Shown: positions 50,738 through 62,068 of the stretch, piece after piece
How positions within the stretch are numbered: position 1 is the first letter of the stretch
How the letters are laid out: the number at the start of each line of letters is the position of its first letter
NCBI RefSeq assembly: GCF_963676685.1
Contig: NC_092356.1
Location: 66,216,001 to 66,280,000, forward strand
DNA: 64,000 nt
Source: Mytilus edulis
Lineage: Eukaryota
Reading direction: 5' to 3'
Notes under the pieces: generated by a model
Told to the model about the DNA's origin: nothing
The model's database searches: none
What the model saw: only the letters and a program-made list of their open reading frames with translations
Program-made: the position numbers and the translations under genes

Positions 50738-53700
50738 TATAACCCCGTGAATTCCCGGTATCACTCCGTGAACTTCGGCACGGGTTACATTAAAGTCTGT
50801 AGGTCTATAATCGACACTATGGCTGCTTTAAACGCAAGACCGTATAAAAATATATACAAATTTATTCACACAAGTTTACAGTTCGAAAGCTAGGGGGAGA
50901 CTGCCCCAGCAACAGTTTACAAAACATATAAATTAAGTCCAAGATAAGGGTATTAAAACATTATAAAAGGTTCTCATGAAATATATCTATCATTATTGTC
51001 CAATCTTATGTAATAATAAGCTGATCATTGTCCTCAGGCTTAACTTTATAAAATAGCGATAATTGCTTTTGTAGTTCGAGTGTAAGATACATGTATTATC
51101 TCTCACACTTTTGACAGCCATCGGATTAAGTTGTAAAATAGTAAATCTATAATCTCCTTGGATATTTGAAATAAGAAACATTATATTTAAGAATGAAACA
51201 AGAAATATTCAACTAAAACTAAAAGGAGAAATATTCAATTTAAAACTAAAACGAGAGTTCATAGAAATATCAAATCTTAAACGATAGAAATATCAAATCT
51301 TAAACGAGAGTTCATATCAATATTCAATCTAAAATGGGAGTTCATAAAAAAGCACTTTTCGAATTATGGTAAAAGTTCCCAACGTCACTTTTCTTCCGGT
51401 TATATTCTCCACTACTTCCCCGAAGTGCTCGTCCCGAGCACAAATTGCTACATTTCGTATTTGGGTTTGTAATGTTATTTCATCAATGGGTAATTCGTCT
51501 TTGGGTAAATCGTCTTTGGGTGATTCGTCCATGGGTAACTCGTCTTTGTGTAATTCCTCTTTCTGGTTGCTGAAAGTGTGTACATACTGAAAACATCACG
51601 AACATATAGAAAATGCACATATTGGACCTTTTAATAGATATACAAAGGGGGTATTCGGAGGGGGAAAAACATAAATATATTAGATATTCTGAGGAGAGGG
51701 ACTACTGACATAAATATAGTAATACTCTGAGGAGGGGGACTAACACAAATACATACATTCTGAGGAGGGGTACTTACATAAATATACTGCATTGCTCTGA
51801 CATAAATATACTAAAACACTCTGAGTAGGGGGACTCCTGACATAAGTATACTAACACACTCTGAGTAGGGGGACTCCTGACATAAATATACTAAAACACT
51901 CTTGAGTAGGGGGAATTAACACAAATATACTAAAAATATTCAGTTTCACTTGACAAATCGAAAAAAAAAATATGACTCTATCATATGTATAGATATATAA
52001 ACAACAAAGAAGTCGCTTTTATCATAATCATAAAAGTAGGACTAAGTATCTGAGTATTCAATGAATTGCAGAAAAAAGGGGGGGGGGGGCAATAATGATC
52101 ATTGACCCGTTTAGGATTCTAACAAACTACACTAGACTATCTGGAAGATTTTCGAAAATACTATCAAGAATTTGAACAGATTATCAGATTATCAGTGGTT
52201 ATATTTCTACCTTGTAAGCAGGTTTTGATCAAACATAATAAGGCATTTTCTGAAATGTAGTATACAGGTCGTCACTCCTGTACACCCAACGGAAACAAGA
52301 CCACAAGACAGATGACGAGTCCATCTTGCATTTTTGTTTCGCATTAAAATTGTATTATAAAATGATTTTGTTACACCACCGATAATCTATATATTCATAC
52401 GGAAGCTCATACGTGTAAAATTCAACTACCAATATAGTATGTTGCGTGAAATGATACAAAATAATAACGACAACTAAACAATAATTGTGGTTATTTGGTA
52501 TACTATAGTCAGTGATCTTTGTTCAAAGTTACAACCTTCACTTGTGTAAAACACTAGGTTCTATGATACAACAAGGATACACTGACTTTAGCTCGATCTA
52601 TTGCTTATTTTCCAAATGTCAGTGACAAATATCTCAGAAAAAAAAGTGAATATTCATAGTAGAATAATGAAGTTTTCTTACTGTTATTCGCAAATACTTC
52701 AGACATATTTAGAACAACGTTGATGTTAACTAATCTTAGAAGTTTTCTTAATACGATAGATTCCAAATGTGAAAATGAAAACCAAAAATAGAACCTATTC
52801 TTACATTTATTTTACAATCGGCTTTTGAACAGACTGTATTTGCAAAACAATTTACAATATTCTGATTAGGGGGGCTATTTCTAGAATTCATAAACCTGTT
52901 TTTGATTGAATTATGTGGGACTTGTGGAACTTAGCACTACTATTATAAAAATTGAATTTTCTTTTCTGATGTATTTTATTTAGGGTGGTTCTGCTGCCTA
53001 GTGATATGGTTAAGTACATCAAAATATAACAGGGGTAACGTAAAAATGTGCATTCTCAAAATGTTCACAACTATTACAGCATGTACCACACTTACCATCG
53101 CTTCTGGGTTGGGTTTGTGGTTTAGGTTTTTCTTGATAGCACTGTTGATTTTGACTGGTTCTGGCTCCGATCCTGTCTGAATGGTAATGTCTGCTAGCAA
53201 AGCATATGGAGCAACATACTCTGGTCTAAGTCCATGATGTATAAACCGCTCCATCACTGCCGTTTGTCTAGCTAGAAAACACAATCTGTATTTTCGGTTT
53301 CGAACGCGTTAAACTTATCCAACTTCGGTAACTCCATTTTTGATTTTTGTATACTGGGACTAGTTCAGAAATAAAACACTCGCTTGGCTGCAAAGGTTGC
53401 GGTAATCGAGGAATCCTTCCCAATTATAACCCCGTGAAATTCCTGCATAAGTTCGTGAACTTCGGCACGGGTTACATTAAAGTCTGTAGGTCTATAATCG
53501 ACACTATGGCTGCTTTAAACGCAAGACCGTATAAAAATATATACAAATTTATTCACACAAGTTTACAGTTCGAAAGCTAGGGGGAGACTGCCCCAGCAAC
53601 AGTTTACAAAACAGATAAATTAAGTCCAAGATAAGGGTATTAAAACATTATAAAAGGTTCTCGTGAAATATATCTATCATTATTGTCCAATCTTATGTAA

Positions 53701-54090
53701 TAATAAGCTGATCATTGTCCTCCGGCTTAACTTTATAAAATAGCGATAATTGCTTTTGTAGTTCGAGTGTAAGATACATGTATTATCTCTCACACTTTTG
53801 ACAGCCATCGGATTAAGTTGTAAAATAGTAAATCTATAATCTCCTTGGATATTTGAAATAAGAAACATTATATTTAAGAATGAAACAAGAAATATTCAGC
53901 TAAAACTAAAAGGAGAAATATTCAATTTAAAACTAAAACGAGAGTTCATAGAAATATCAAATCTTAAACGATAGAAATATCAAATCTTAAACGAGAGTTC
54001 ATATCAATATTCAATCTAAAATGGGAGTTCATAAAAAGCACTTTTCGAATTATGGTAAAAGTTCCCAACGTCACTTTTCTTCCGGTTATA
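50738..54090 (-). mobile_element. Non-autonomous LTR retroelement with ~666-bp LTRs (50738-51404 and 53425-54090) and TATAAC..GTTATA termini
   Basis: Near-identical direct repeats; GTTG duplicated outside both ends. On the minus strand: PBS-like (at)tgggaaggattcc after the 5' LTR, PPT-like ggggaagtagtggagaa before the 3' LTR, and a gag-like remnant (MELPKLDKFNAFE..RFIHHGLRPEY). Confidence 0.7.
51645..51936 (+). repeat. Minisatellite, ~7 units of 32-40 bp (ctctgagtagggggactcctgacataaatatactaaaaca)
   Basis: Directly visible tandem units inside the LTR element. Confidence 0.85.
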
Positions 54091-54599
54091 GTTGTTTTAA
54101 TATATGTATCCTTTCCTGGTTAACATCTAAATTTAGGTTTAAAGGACTTAAATTGAATAAAAAGATACCGGTAAATATACAATGTATATATATTAAATTT
54201 ATCCCAATATATACTCCCAACACTTTAATCTTTAGTTATTAAAATCAACATCATGGTCTCTAATTTTTCAAAGAAATCGACAAAGTGTAAACGCGGACCG
54301 CGCAGAAGATCCCAAAATGAACTGGTACGGAAAAGGAAATAACCACATTACCTCTTACTCAACATGGAATTTGTACAAGTACAAATAAAGAAAAACAGTA
54401 TTTGTGTACCTTTTATTACATGTAGTACAATACAAGACTGATTGCAGGATAAAGTTATTTATTTATTAATGTAAAATAGAAATAAATTCAAAGTGCAATA
54501 ATAAAAATTATTTTCTTATGATACAAGTGTGGACACAGATCAGTGTGGATAGTATGTTTGGATGTTTGACAGTGTTTTTTATGACATAAGCAGTTCTAT

Positions 54600-54780
54600 T
54601 GTTATGTATTAGGGTTGAATTCTGTTCGAGGTCGGGGCTATTCCAGGTAAGGGTGTAAGGTCAGACCCGTAATGCTGTTTTTGATGTCTTTAGTATGAAC
54701 GTGCTTATGGAGAATAAAGACGTGTTTGTAATGATGTCTTGTCTATTTATTTAGTCCCCGTAAAAGGCAAGAACATCTCA
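54600..54780 (+). repeat. 5' LTR
   Basis: TGTTATG..CATCTCA; one mismatch versus the 3' LTR (54617 g / 63118 t); AATAAA at ~54713. Confidence 0.97.
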
Positions 54781-54790
54781 TGGTGGAGGA
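54781..54790 (+). promoter_or_regulatory. Primer binding site (tRNA-Ala-like)
   Basis: TGGTGGAGG immediately follows the LTR and is complementary to the ..CCUCCACCA 3' end typical of tRNA-Ala. Confidence 0.7.
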
Positions 54791-54992
54791 CTTCAAATGG
54801 ATTAATTTGTTTTGTAAACCGCTTTTGACAATTTGTTTCAATTTTATACTGTGTAACTGAAATATTTTTGTGAATTACCACGAGGATCGATTGGCGTGCA
54901 CTGAAGCGTGACATTACATGTAGGCGGCAAGCACATGTTTTTACACAGAGACAATTTTTATTTCCGTTGGTTGTTGAAATTTTTGTTCCCGA

Positions 54993-55730
54993 ATGAGTCT
55001 TATTTCTAAAGCCGAGAAAAATCTCACCAACTTAAGTCCGAGGTTAGAAAATGTGGGAACTTTGAAAAATATACCTGTCGTTTTATCTGACAGTAAGGGA
55101 AGGTATTTAAAGGATCAGACTGTAGATAAACACCCTGAACGGAAAATTGTATGGTGGATACATCCCGGCACGACAGTACAACAGAATTAACAATGGTTGA
55201 AAGAAAAAGCTGTGAAGACATTTCAGGACTTGGGACAGATACACATTACTCTTTTTATATGGTTGGGCACCTGTGACTTAACATTCAAGACTGGTAAATA
55301 TGTTTTTTTGAAATCATCTGATTTTCAAGTGGTAACAGATCTTTGCCAGGATTTTCGGGATATCTACACCTTTATACATCAGTTCCCAACAGTGCGACTT
55401 ATTTTTCTTCAAGTTCCGTTTTATTCTATTTACTGGTGGAACAAGTTTCATAACCACCCTGACCCCGACCAGTTCTTAAAGAAGGACGATATTCTACATG
55501 AGCAGATATTAGAAGTGAATAAGTACATCATCACTTTAAACGAATTTTTAGGACAAAACTCACCGGATTTCAATTTGGACATTTTGGCATCCAGAAAGCG
55601 GCACTACGATCTGCAAACGAGTTATAGTACATCTTTCGCTCTGTACTTGGATGGGATTCATCCGTCACCTACACTAGCGAAGCTTTGGCTTCTCAGACTT
55701 TGTTTAAGGCTTAATAAAGATTGTAATTAA
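54993..55730 (+). CDS. SGNH/GDSL hydrolase (esterase)-like ORF inside the LTR element; one in-frame TAA at 55188-90
   Basis: ORFs 54993-55190 and 55197-55730 share a frame. Block I VVLSDSKG, block II PG, block III WLGTCD, block V DGIHP. Confidence 0.8.
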
Positions 55731-56065
55731 AACATTTACCTAACTGATTGGTATGTTTTTCACAGATTTTCAGTTTTGTATGTGAGAATTTATCTCGCTG
55801 CTCTTTGTATTGATACATGAACATGGTTGTATGTATAGTGGTTCAGTGTATGTGAGAATTAACTCGCTACACAAGGCATTAAACAAAGCGTAATACATTT
55901 AGACTGAAGTATACATATAAAAGCGTAATATCATTCTAGCTCGCTAGACCCACAACTGTTGATTTTTGCTCTTTATATTAAAATGGCATCTTATGAATGT
56001 GTATGTGAGAATTTACTCGCTACATGTATAGGGTAATCCTGATCGTTGGTAACATAATTTTGTAA

Positions 56066-57289
56066 ATGACTTCAAATCAACTCTCGGCAAATTTTTCTGA
56101 TAACGAGTTCGACAGTGAGGTCGAATTTGGATTGATATCAATTAAGTCACCTGAAACCCCACTACTGCCTTTACCCGTTTCTATATCACCATTGTCCCAG
56201 TACTCTGACGATTCCCTAGAATTTGAACTTGAACAACCAAACTCTGTTCTATCAGACGAATTTTTGTCGCTAAATCAGCTTCGGGAGCCAGATATTAATT
56301 ATTTACTTACTCCGTCCCCAAAACTACCTTTGAACTTTTCAACATGTAATTCAAATCTTGCAATTTCAGACACGATGGAAAAACTAGCAAACTGTCGGAA
56401 ATTTGGCGGCTATCCCCATGAAAATGCTGCATTATTTATTGCTGAGTTTGAATCATATGCAACCCTACATAACATTTCACCACTGGACGACAACCGTATA
56501 ATAGCGGCGCTTCATTTACATTTGACTGGTCCAGCATTAACCTGGTTTAATTCACTATCGTCTGAAAATAAGGCATCATGGGAAGCTATAGTACATTTGT
56601 TCACAAATAAATATGTTGATTTAGACTGGCAAAATCCTACAGTTATGCTTGATAGTGAAATCTTTGAAAACATGTCTTTATCGTCAGGCCAGTCAATTGA
56701 TGATTTTTATTGCCAACTTGTGGAAAAAGCAAATACATTGAAAAAACCTGATCACGAAATTTTAGTTAAATTCATTAAAGGGTTACCCGAACAACTAGCA
56801 TTTTTTGTAAGAGCCGGTCACCATAGAGACAGTCCATCGGCATTAGCAGCCGCTAAAATGGGCGAAGCTTATGGGTATAGGAAGGCTGAGCTACAAGTAG
56901 CTGCGGCAAGTAAACAGGCAAAACCTAGTGATAAACGTGACTCCGAGTTCGCCTCCTTACAGTCACAAATAGACACTCTCACTAAGGCAGTCCAAAATTT
57001 AACTGCATCTAAAACTGATGAAAGTACAAAACAAAACAGACGTACCGATCGATTTGCTTATAGTCGTCAGCAGGAAACCAACCCCCCTCAGGCAACCAAC
57101 AGTCGTCAGCAGGCAACCTCCCTCCCTCAGGCAACAAACAATCTTTGTTTCAATTGTGATTCGCCAAATCATATTAAACGTTATTGCAACTGGAACGGAC
57201 AAGGAGTTAGCAGTTCCGATATCACATGTCAGTTGTGTGACCAAATTGGTCATTCAGCGGTTAATTGTAAGAGACTTTCGGGAAACTGA
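56066..57289 (+). CDS. gag: Gag (capsid plus two CCHC zinc knuckles)
   Basis: 407-aa ORF; LHLTGPALTWF, KFIKGL, CFNCDSPNHIKRYC and CQLCDQIGHSAVNC. Confidence 0.92.
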   Translation: MTSNQLSANFSDNEFDSEVEFGLISIKSPETPLLPLPVSISPLSQYSDDSLEFELEQPNSVLSDEFLSLNQLREPDINYLLTPSPKLPLNFSTCNSNLAISDTMEKLANCRKFGGYPHENAALFIAEFESYATLHNISPLDDNRIIAALHLHLTGPALTWFNSLSSENKASWEAIVHLFTNKYVDLDWQNPTVMLDSEIFENMSLSSGQSIDDFYCQLVEKANTLKKPDHEILVKFIKGLPEQLAFFVRAGHHRDSPSALAAAKMGEAYGYRKAELQVAAASKQAKPSDKRDSEFASLQSQIDTLTKAVQNLTASKTDESTKQNRRTDRFAYSRQQETNPPQATNSRQQATSLPQATNNLCFNCDSPNHIKRYCNWNGQGVSSSDITCQLCDQIGHSAVNCKRLSGN

Positions 57290-57331
57290 ACAGTCCCGGG
57301 GGACACCAGGCACGGTCTTCCGGGAGGACTG
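57280..57331 (+). promoter_or_regulatory. Programmed -1 ribosomal frameshift signal
   Basis: G GGA AAC slippery heptamer in the gag frame just before TGA, then a GC-rich stem-loop cagtcc..ggactg. The -1 frame is open into the protease ORF (57421 in frame). Confidence 0.85.
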
Positions 57332-60300
57332 ATATAGGTGCCAGATGTCGTAGTCGTTCGCCTTCTAGGTCATTTATTAACACTGTTCAATCTGAACATT
57401 TTCAAACTTCCGATGATGAAATGCAGTGTTCTACATCAAATATGGAAAGCCGGAATAAGTTTATTTATTTGCCTGTACAGATTTTGAATTTGAAAATTGC
57501 AGCCCTAGTAGATACGGGAAGCTCAATAAATGTAATTTCACAACAATTATTTAATTCAATACCTGAAACTCACAAGTCATGGGTAAATTCAACTAGTGAG
57601 AAAATTGTTTTAGCTAATAACCAATCTGTTAACATTATTGGTGTTTCACGAATTAAAATACAAATCCACAAGGAAAACATTGGATTTTAGTACATGTATT
57701 TTCACAAACATCACATCCGTTATTATTAGGCACAGACAATTTGGTCTCGAAGAAAATTATGCTAGATTTTTCAAAGTTGACCGTATGTTCCCGTTTCTGT
57801 AAAGTGAAAAATCAAAAGCGTTTGTCAGTTTTGCCAAATTCTGAGATGATAGTATGGGGCAAAGTTCATAATGATATTTTACATGGTATGCAAGGAATAT
57901 GCACGAACCATAATTATTTGTTTAAATTGGGTGTTTTGACAGCGAAATCGGTAGTTTCTGTAAATAAAGATAAACTGGTGCCTGTCAAACTGTTTAATTC
58001 TACAAATGAAATAGTTGATATTCCAAGGGGTCAGATTGTTGCGAAATTTGAGATACTTGACAATGACTCTGATTTAATAGCTACATGTATAGGAAATAGA
58101 GAAAATCCAGAGGTTAATAATGTACAGTTTTCGACCGAAAAGTGTGAAGATGGGGAACTTAGTGGGACAAAATGTTTCTCCTATTTTGATATTCCAAAAC
58201 ATTTATCTGAGTCTGAACAAGGACAATTGAAAGGGTTTTTAAAATCGCATGACAACATATTTGTAACAGATGAAAATCCTGCTTTAGGTTTCACGGACGT
58301 AGTGCAACACAAGATTATACTAAAACCGGATTTCAAGCCAAAATATCAGCGATCGTATCGCCTTACCCCAGATAAAAAACAAGTACTTCGGGATCATCTC
58401 GATCATTTGCTAAAACAAGGAATAATTTCCCCGGTTGGTGAAACCGAAGATATACCCATCACAAGTCATATAGTGTTAGTTTCAAAAAGAGCCAAGGAGT
58501 CCCGAAATAGCCAAAATAGCGATTTCAATCAGTCTTCAAACAGTCTCTCTCAGTTCAGATTTTGTTGCGATTTCCGTTATTTAAATTCTCAGTCTCAGCA
58601 GTTTTTTTTATGGACTACCAGAATTACAGGATTTAACAGAGTCTTTCTCAAACAGGACCCCGAATTTCATAACTCATATCGATTTAAGTTCAGGATTTTT
58701 TCAGATGCCTATATCTCCAGACAGCCAACGATATACCGCATTCAACACTTGTTACGGTACATATCAATTTCTCCGCCTACCAATGGGTTTAAGTTCATCG
58801 CCAGGATCATTTCAACTTTTAATGGACAAAGTGCTCCATGGGTTAACATTCAATTCTTGTCTGTGTTATTTAGATGACGTTTTAATAACATCAGAAACCT
58901 TTGAGCAACACCTTAGTGATTTACATGAGGTATTTAATCGTTTACAAGCCGCTGGCTTAAAATTGGGCCCTAAGAAATGTCATTTTGCACAGAAATCTTG
59001 TTTGTTTCTTGGCCACCTTATTTCTAAAGACGGTATACAACCACCGCCTGATCGAATTACAGCAGTTCAAGAATATCCGTCACCCCGATCAGTACGTGAA
59101 CTTCGCCGTGCACTAGGTCTGTTGAACTGGTTCAAGAAATTTATTCCAAATTTTAGCGCTGAAATAGAACCTCTAACCAAACTTCTTCGGAAAAACGCCA
59201 AATTTCGTTGGGCATCAGAACAAGAAAATGCATTTACCAAGTTGAAATCTTTATTGACAAATTCTCCGATCTTAGCATTTCCAAATTTTCATACTGAGTT
59301 TTATTTAGCAGTGGATACCAGTTCTAAAGGTATAGGATACATGTTGTACCAGTATCAGGAGACAGCTAGCGATAGTAAGGAGGTCAGTGTAATTCGTTTT
59401 GGTTCTAAGTCATTAAGCAAATGGCAAAGATCGTACGGACCTACAAAATTAGAATTACTAGGGATGGTAACAGCTATTTTAGATTGTGCAATGTATTTGA
59501 GGGGTCGTAAATTTATTGTCGAGTGCGACCACCAGGCCCTTCGGCCTATATTTCAAAAACAACTTAAAGGGGCCATATATGAACGCTGGGTAGCAATATT
59601 GCAACAGTTCAATTTTGAACTACGATATAAACCGGCAAAAGATATGCAGGTTGCAGACGCTTTATCTCGGTCAACTCGATTGACTAGTTGTGAAGGTATT
59701 GATAGTCCTGATCAAGAGGACCCATTTTTCCGTACGTTCCCGAACATGTTGGTGATATACAATTTGAAGGAAAGCGTGTTAAATTTCCGAATTTTATGGA
59801 TTCTGAAAGTACTGATTTTCAAGAACACAATCTTCCGGAAGTTAACAACGTAATGCAAAGTCACGACTCCATTAGGAATTTAAAACATTTTAAGCGCAGT
59901 AAACAATTTCCAAACAAACAATTAGATTTTGGATATGACGCTGATACAGAAGATTACGATGTAGCAGATCAAACAATTTACAAAATAAAAAGTCAGTTAC
60001 CAGAATACATAAAATATCAACAATTCACGGACAAATGTGACTCTGAAGACCGTAATATAACAGCAGATACAGGAAACCGTGATATACCGGAAACTTCATC
60101 TCAAAATATTGACACTGAAAATCAGTCAGAATCAGTCGATCACAAAACAAGTGCTAAAAATCAGGATACAGAAATTTCTACGGAAAAGGAAGATCATTCA
60201 AATTTTACAACATTAAATACCGATGGTGACGAAACCCAAACTAATCTTAGTACAGAAACGGCTACAAGTGAGAACAATACGCAAGTTAAATTCACTGATT

Positions 60301-62068
60301 CAATTGAAATCTTTAGACATGGTGATTTTAGTAAGGACACTTTTCAAAAACTGCAAGTGCGGGACCCATACTTTGGACCTTTTATATCATATTTTGAACA
60401 GAATAAATTACCCTCTTCACAGAAAGCTGCTAGAAAACTTCTACTCGAAACTCCAAATTATGACATGGTGGATGGATTGCTTTTTCATACTCGTACAGTA
60501 AAGTGTAAACGGACAAAACTTTTCACTTCGTATCAACTAGCGTTACCAGAGGTCGCTATTAAAACCGTTCTTCGATTGTACCATGACTCACCGTTAGGTG
60601 GACACGGTGGCATTCAACATACAGCGGACATGTTAAAAGAACATTATTATTTCCCGAAATTATTACAGAGTGTGACGGATTATGTTAGAAGTTGTCACGA
60701 TTGTCAGAGCCGAAAAGTTACTCAAGTTAAAACAAAAGCAGGTATCGTCGCTTTTAAGACACCTGAAGCGCCTTTTCAGGTTTGGCAAATGGACCTATAC
60801 GGACCTGTACCAGTGTCAGCAAAAGGAAACTCTTATATATTTACAGCCGTCGATGCGTTCACAAAATTTTTAGTTGCAGAGTCTATACCAAACAAAGATA
60901 CGTTGACAGTTGCGGAAGTCTTGTTTAAACTTGTATCTCAATATGGAGTTTGCGATACTCTGCTCAGTGACTGTGGTTCGGAAGCCACCGCTCGAGCAAT
61001 TAAGGAAGTGTGTCGATTACTGGAGATAAATCAGCAATACACACCGAGTTTTACTCACCACTGTCTTGGTTTGTGTGAAAGAACGCATAGAACGTTTGCA
61101 GAACGCATGACGCCTTACATTCAACAGGGAAAACATTGGGAGGATATGGTACCATCTATTTTATTTTCATTAAATTCAACTGCCAATGACAGTGTAAAAT
61201 ATTCACCTTTTGAAATTCTTAACGGCAGTCGTCCTAAATTTCCTTTGTCGGGACACGTTCGTGATTTGAATTTAGCGTCAATCCCAAAAGATTATCATGA
61301 CTATCTTAAACAATTTTCCGAAAGATTAGATATTATTCGGAATGAAGTAAGGGATCACGCACTAAAGTCGCAAACAGCAATGATGGAACGCGCTAATCGA
61401 AAAGTTCATAACTTAACATTAAGACTTGGCGACTTTGTATACATGAGTAAAGACCCGACAGGTCCAGGACATAAATTTAAATTCAAATTTGCAGGACCAT
61501 ATGTTGTTGAAAATTGTGAAAGTCCACACTTATATACATTAAAAGACCAGACCACATCTAAAATTTTCCCGTCAATCCATATTAACAGACTAAAGCCGGC
61601 ATATGTTCGCAAACCTAATCAGTGTAGCTATTTCATGGATCCAGTTATTACAAATGTCAATCAGTTCACAGTAGAACACGATTTACTATCAGATGAACAT
61701 TCGGAACACAGTGAGAACGATAGTCCATGCAATGATCTTGTTTCATCCGAAAATAAATTATCCAATGTCCCGGATGTAAGCACATCAGAAAATAATTTAC
61801 CCGTGCGACGTTCTAAAAGGACACACAGAAAACCCATGCGTTTCCGAGACACTAATTTTACGACACCTGAATCGTCCACAGATAGTCATATCAAAGACAA
61901 TGTTAAAATCAAACGTATACTAGCTTGTAAAATAGTGAACGAACACATAAATATTTAGTTCATCTTTGTGGCGAACCTGCACAGAACGCACGTTGGATGG
62001 ATATTTCTGATCTCAACGTTAAAGCCAAAGAGATTATTAGTAAAAGGCCCCCGCCTATAATAAATTAA
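57286..62068 (+). CDS. pol: Pol polyprotein (PR-RT-RNaseH-IN-chromodomain-like), broken by four 1-nt indels
   Basis: LVDTGS and LLLGTD (protease); CCDFRYLN, IDLSSGFFQ, LPMGL, YLDD (RT); VDTS, KLELL, CDH, ADALSR (RNase H); H..GH..C..C, WQMD, LSDCG, GLCER (integrase). Indels near 57665, 58605, 59728 and 61948. Confidence 0.92.

Noticed and set aside
51645-51936. CRISPR-like array
   Set aside because: Eukaryotic context, the units lack unique spacers, and no cas genes are present; this is a minisatellite.
50993-53868. Duplicated 62-aa ORFs (50993-51181 and 53680-53868)
   Set aside because: Duplicated only because they lie within the two LTRs; no protein features.
54643-54652. CAG|GTAAG splice donor in the LTR that could splice to acceptors near 54948 or 55765 and bypass the SGNH ORF
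   Set aside because: The motif is probably in U3, upstream of the transcription start; it cannot be judged without transcript data.
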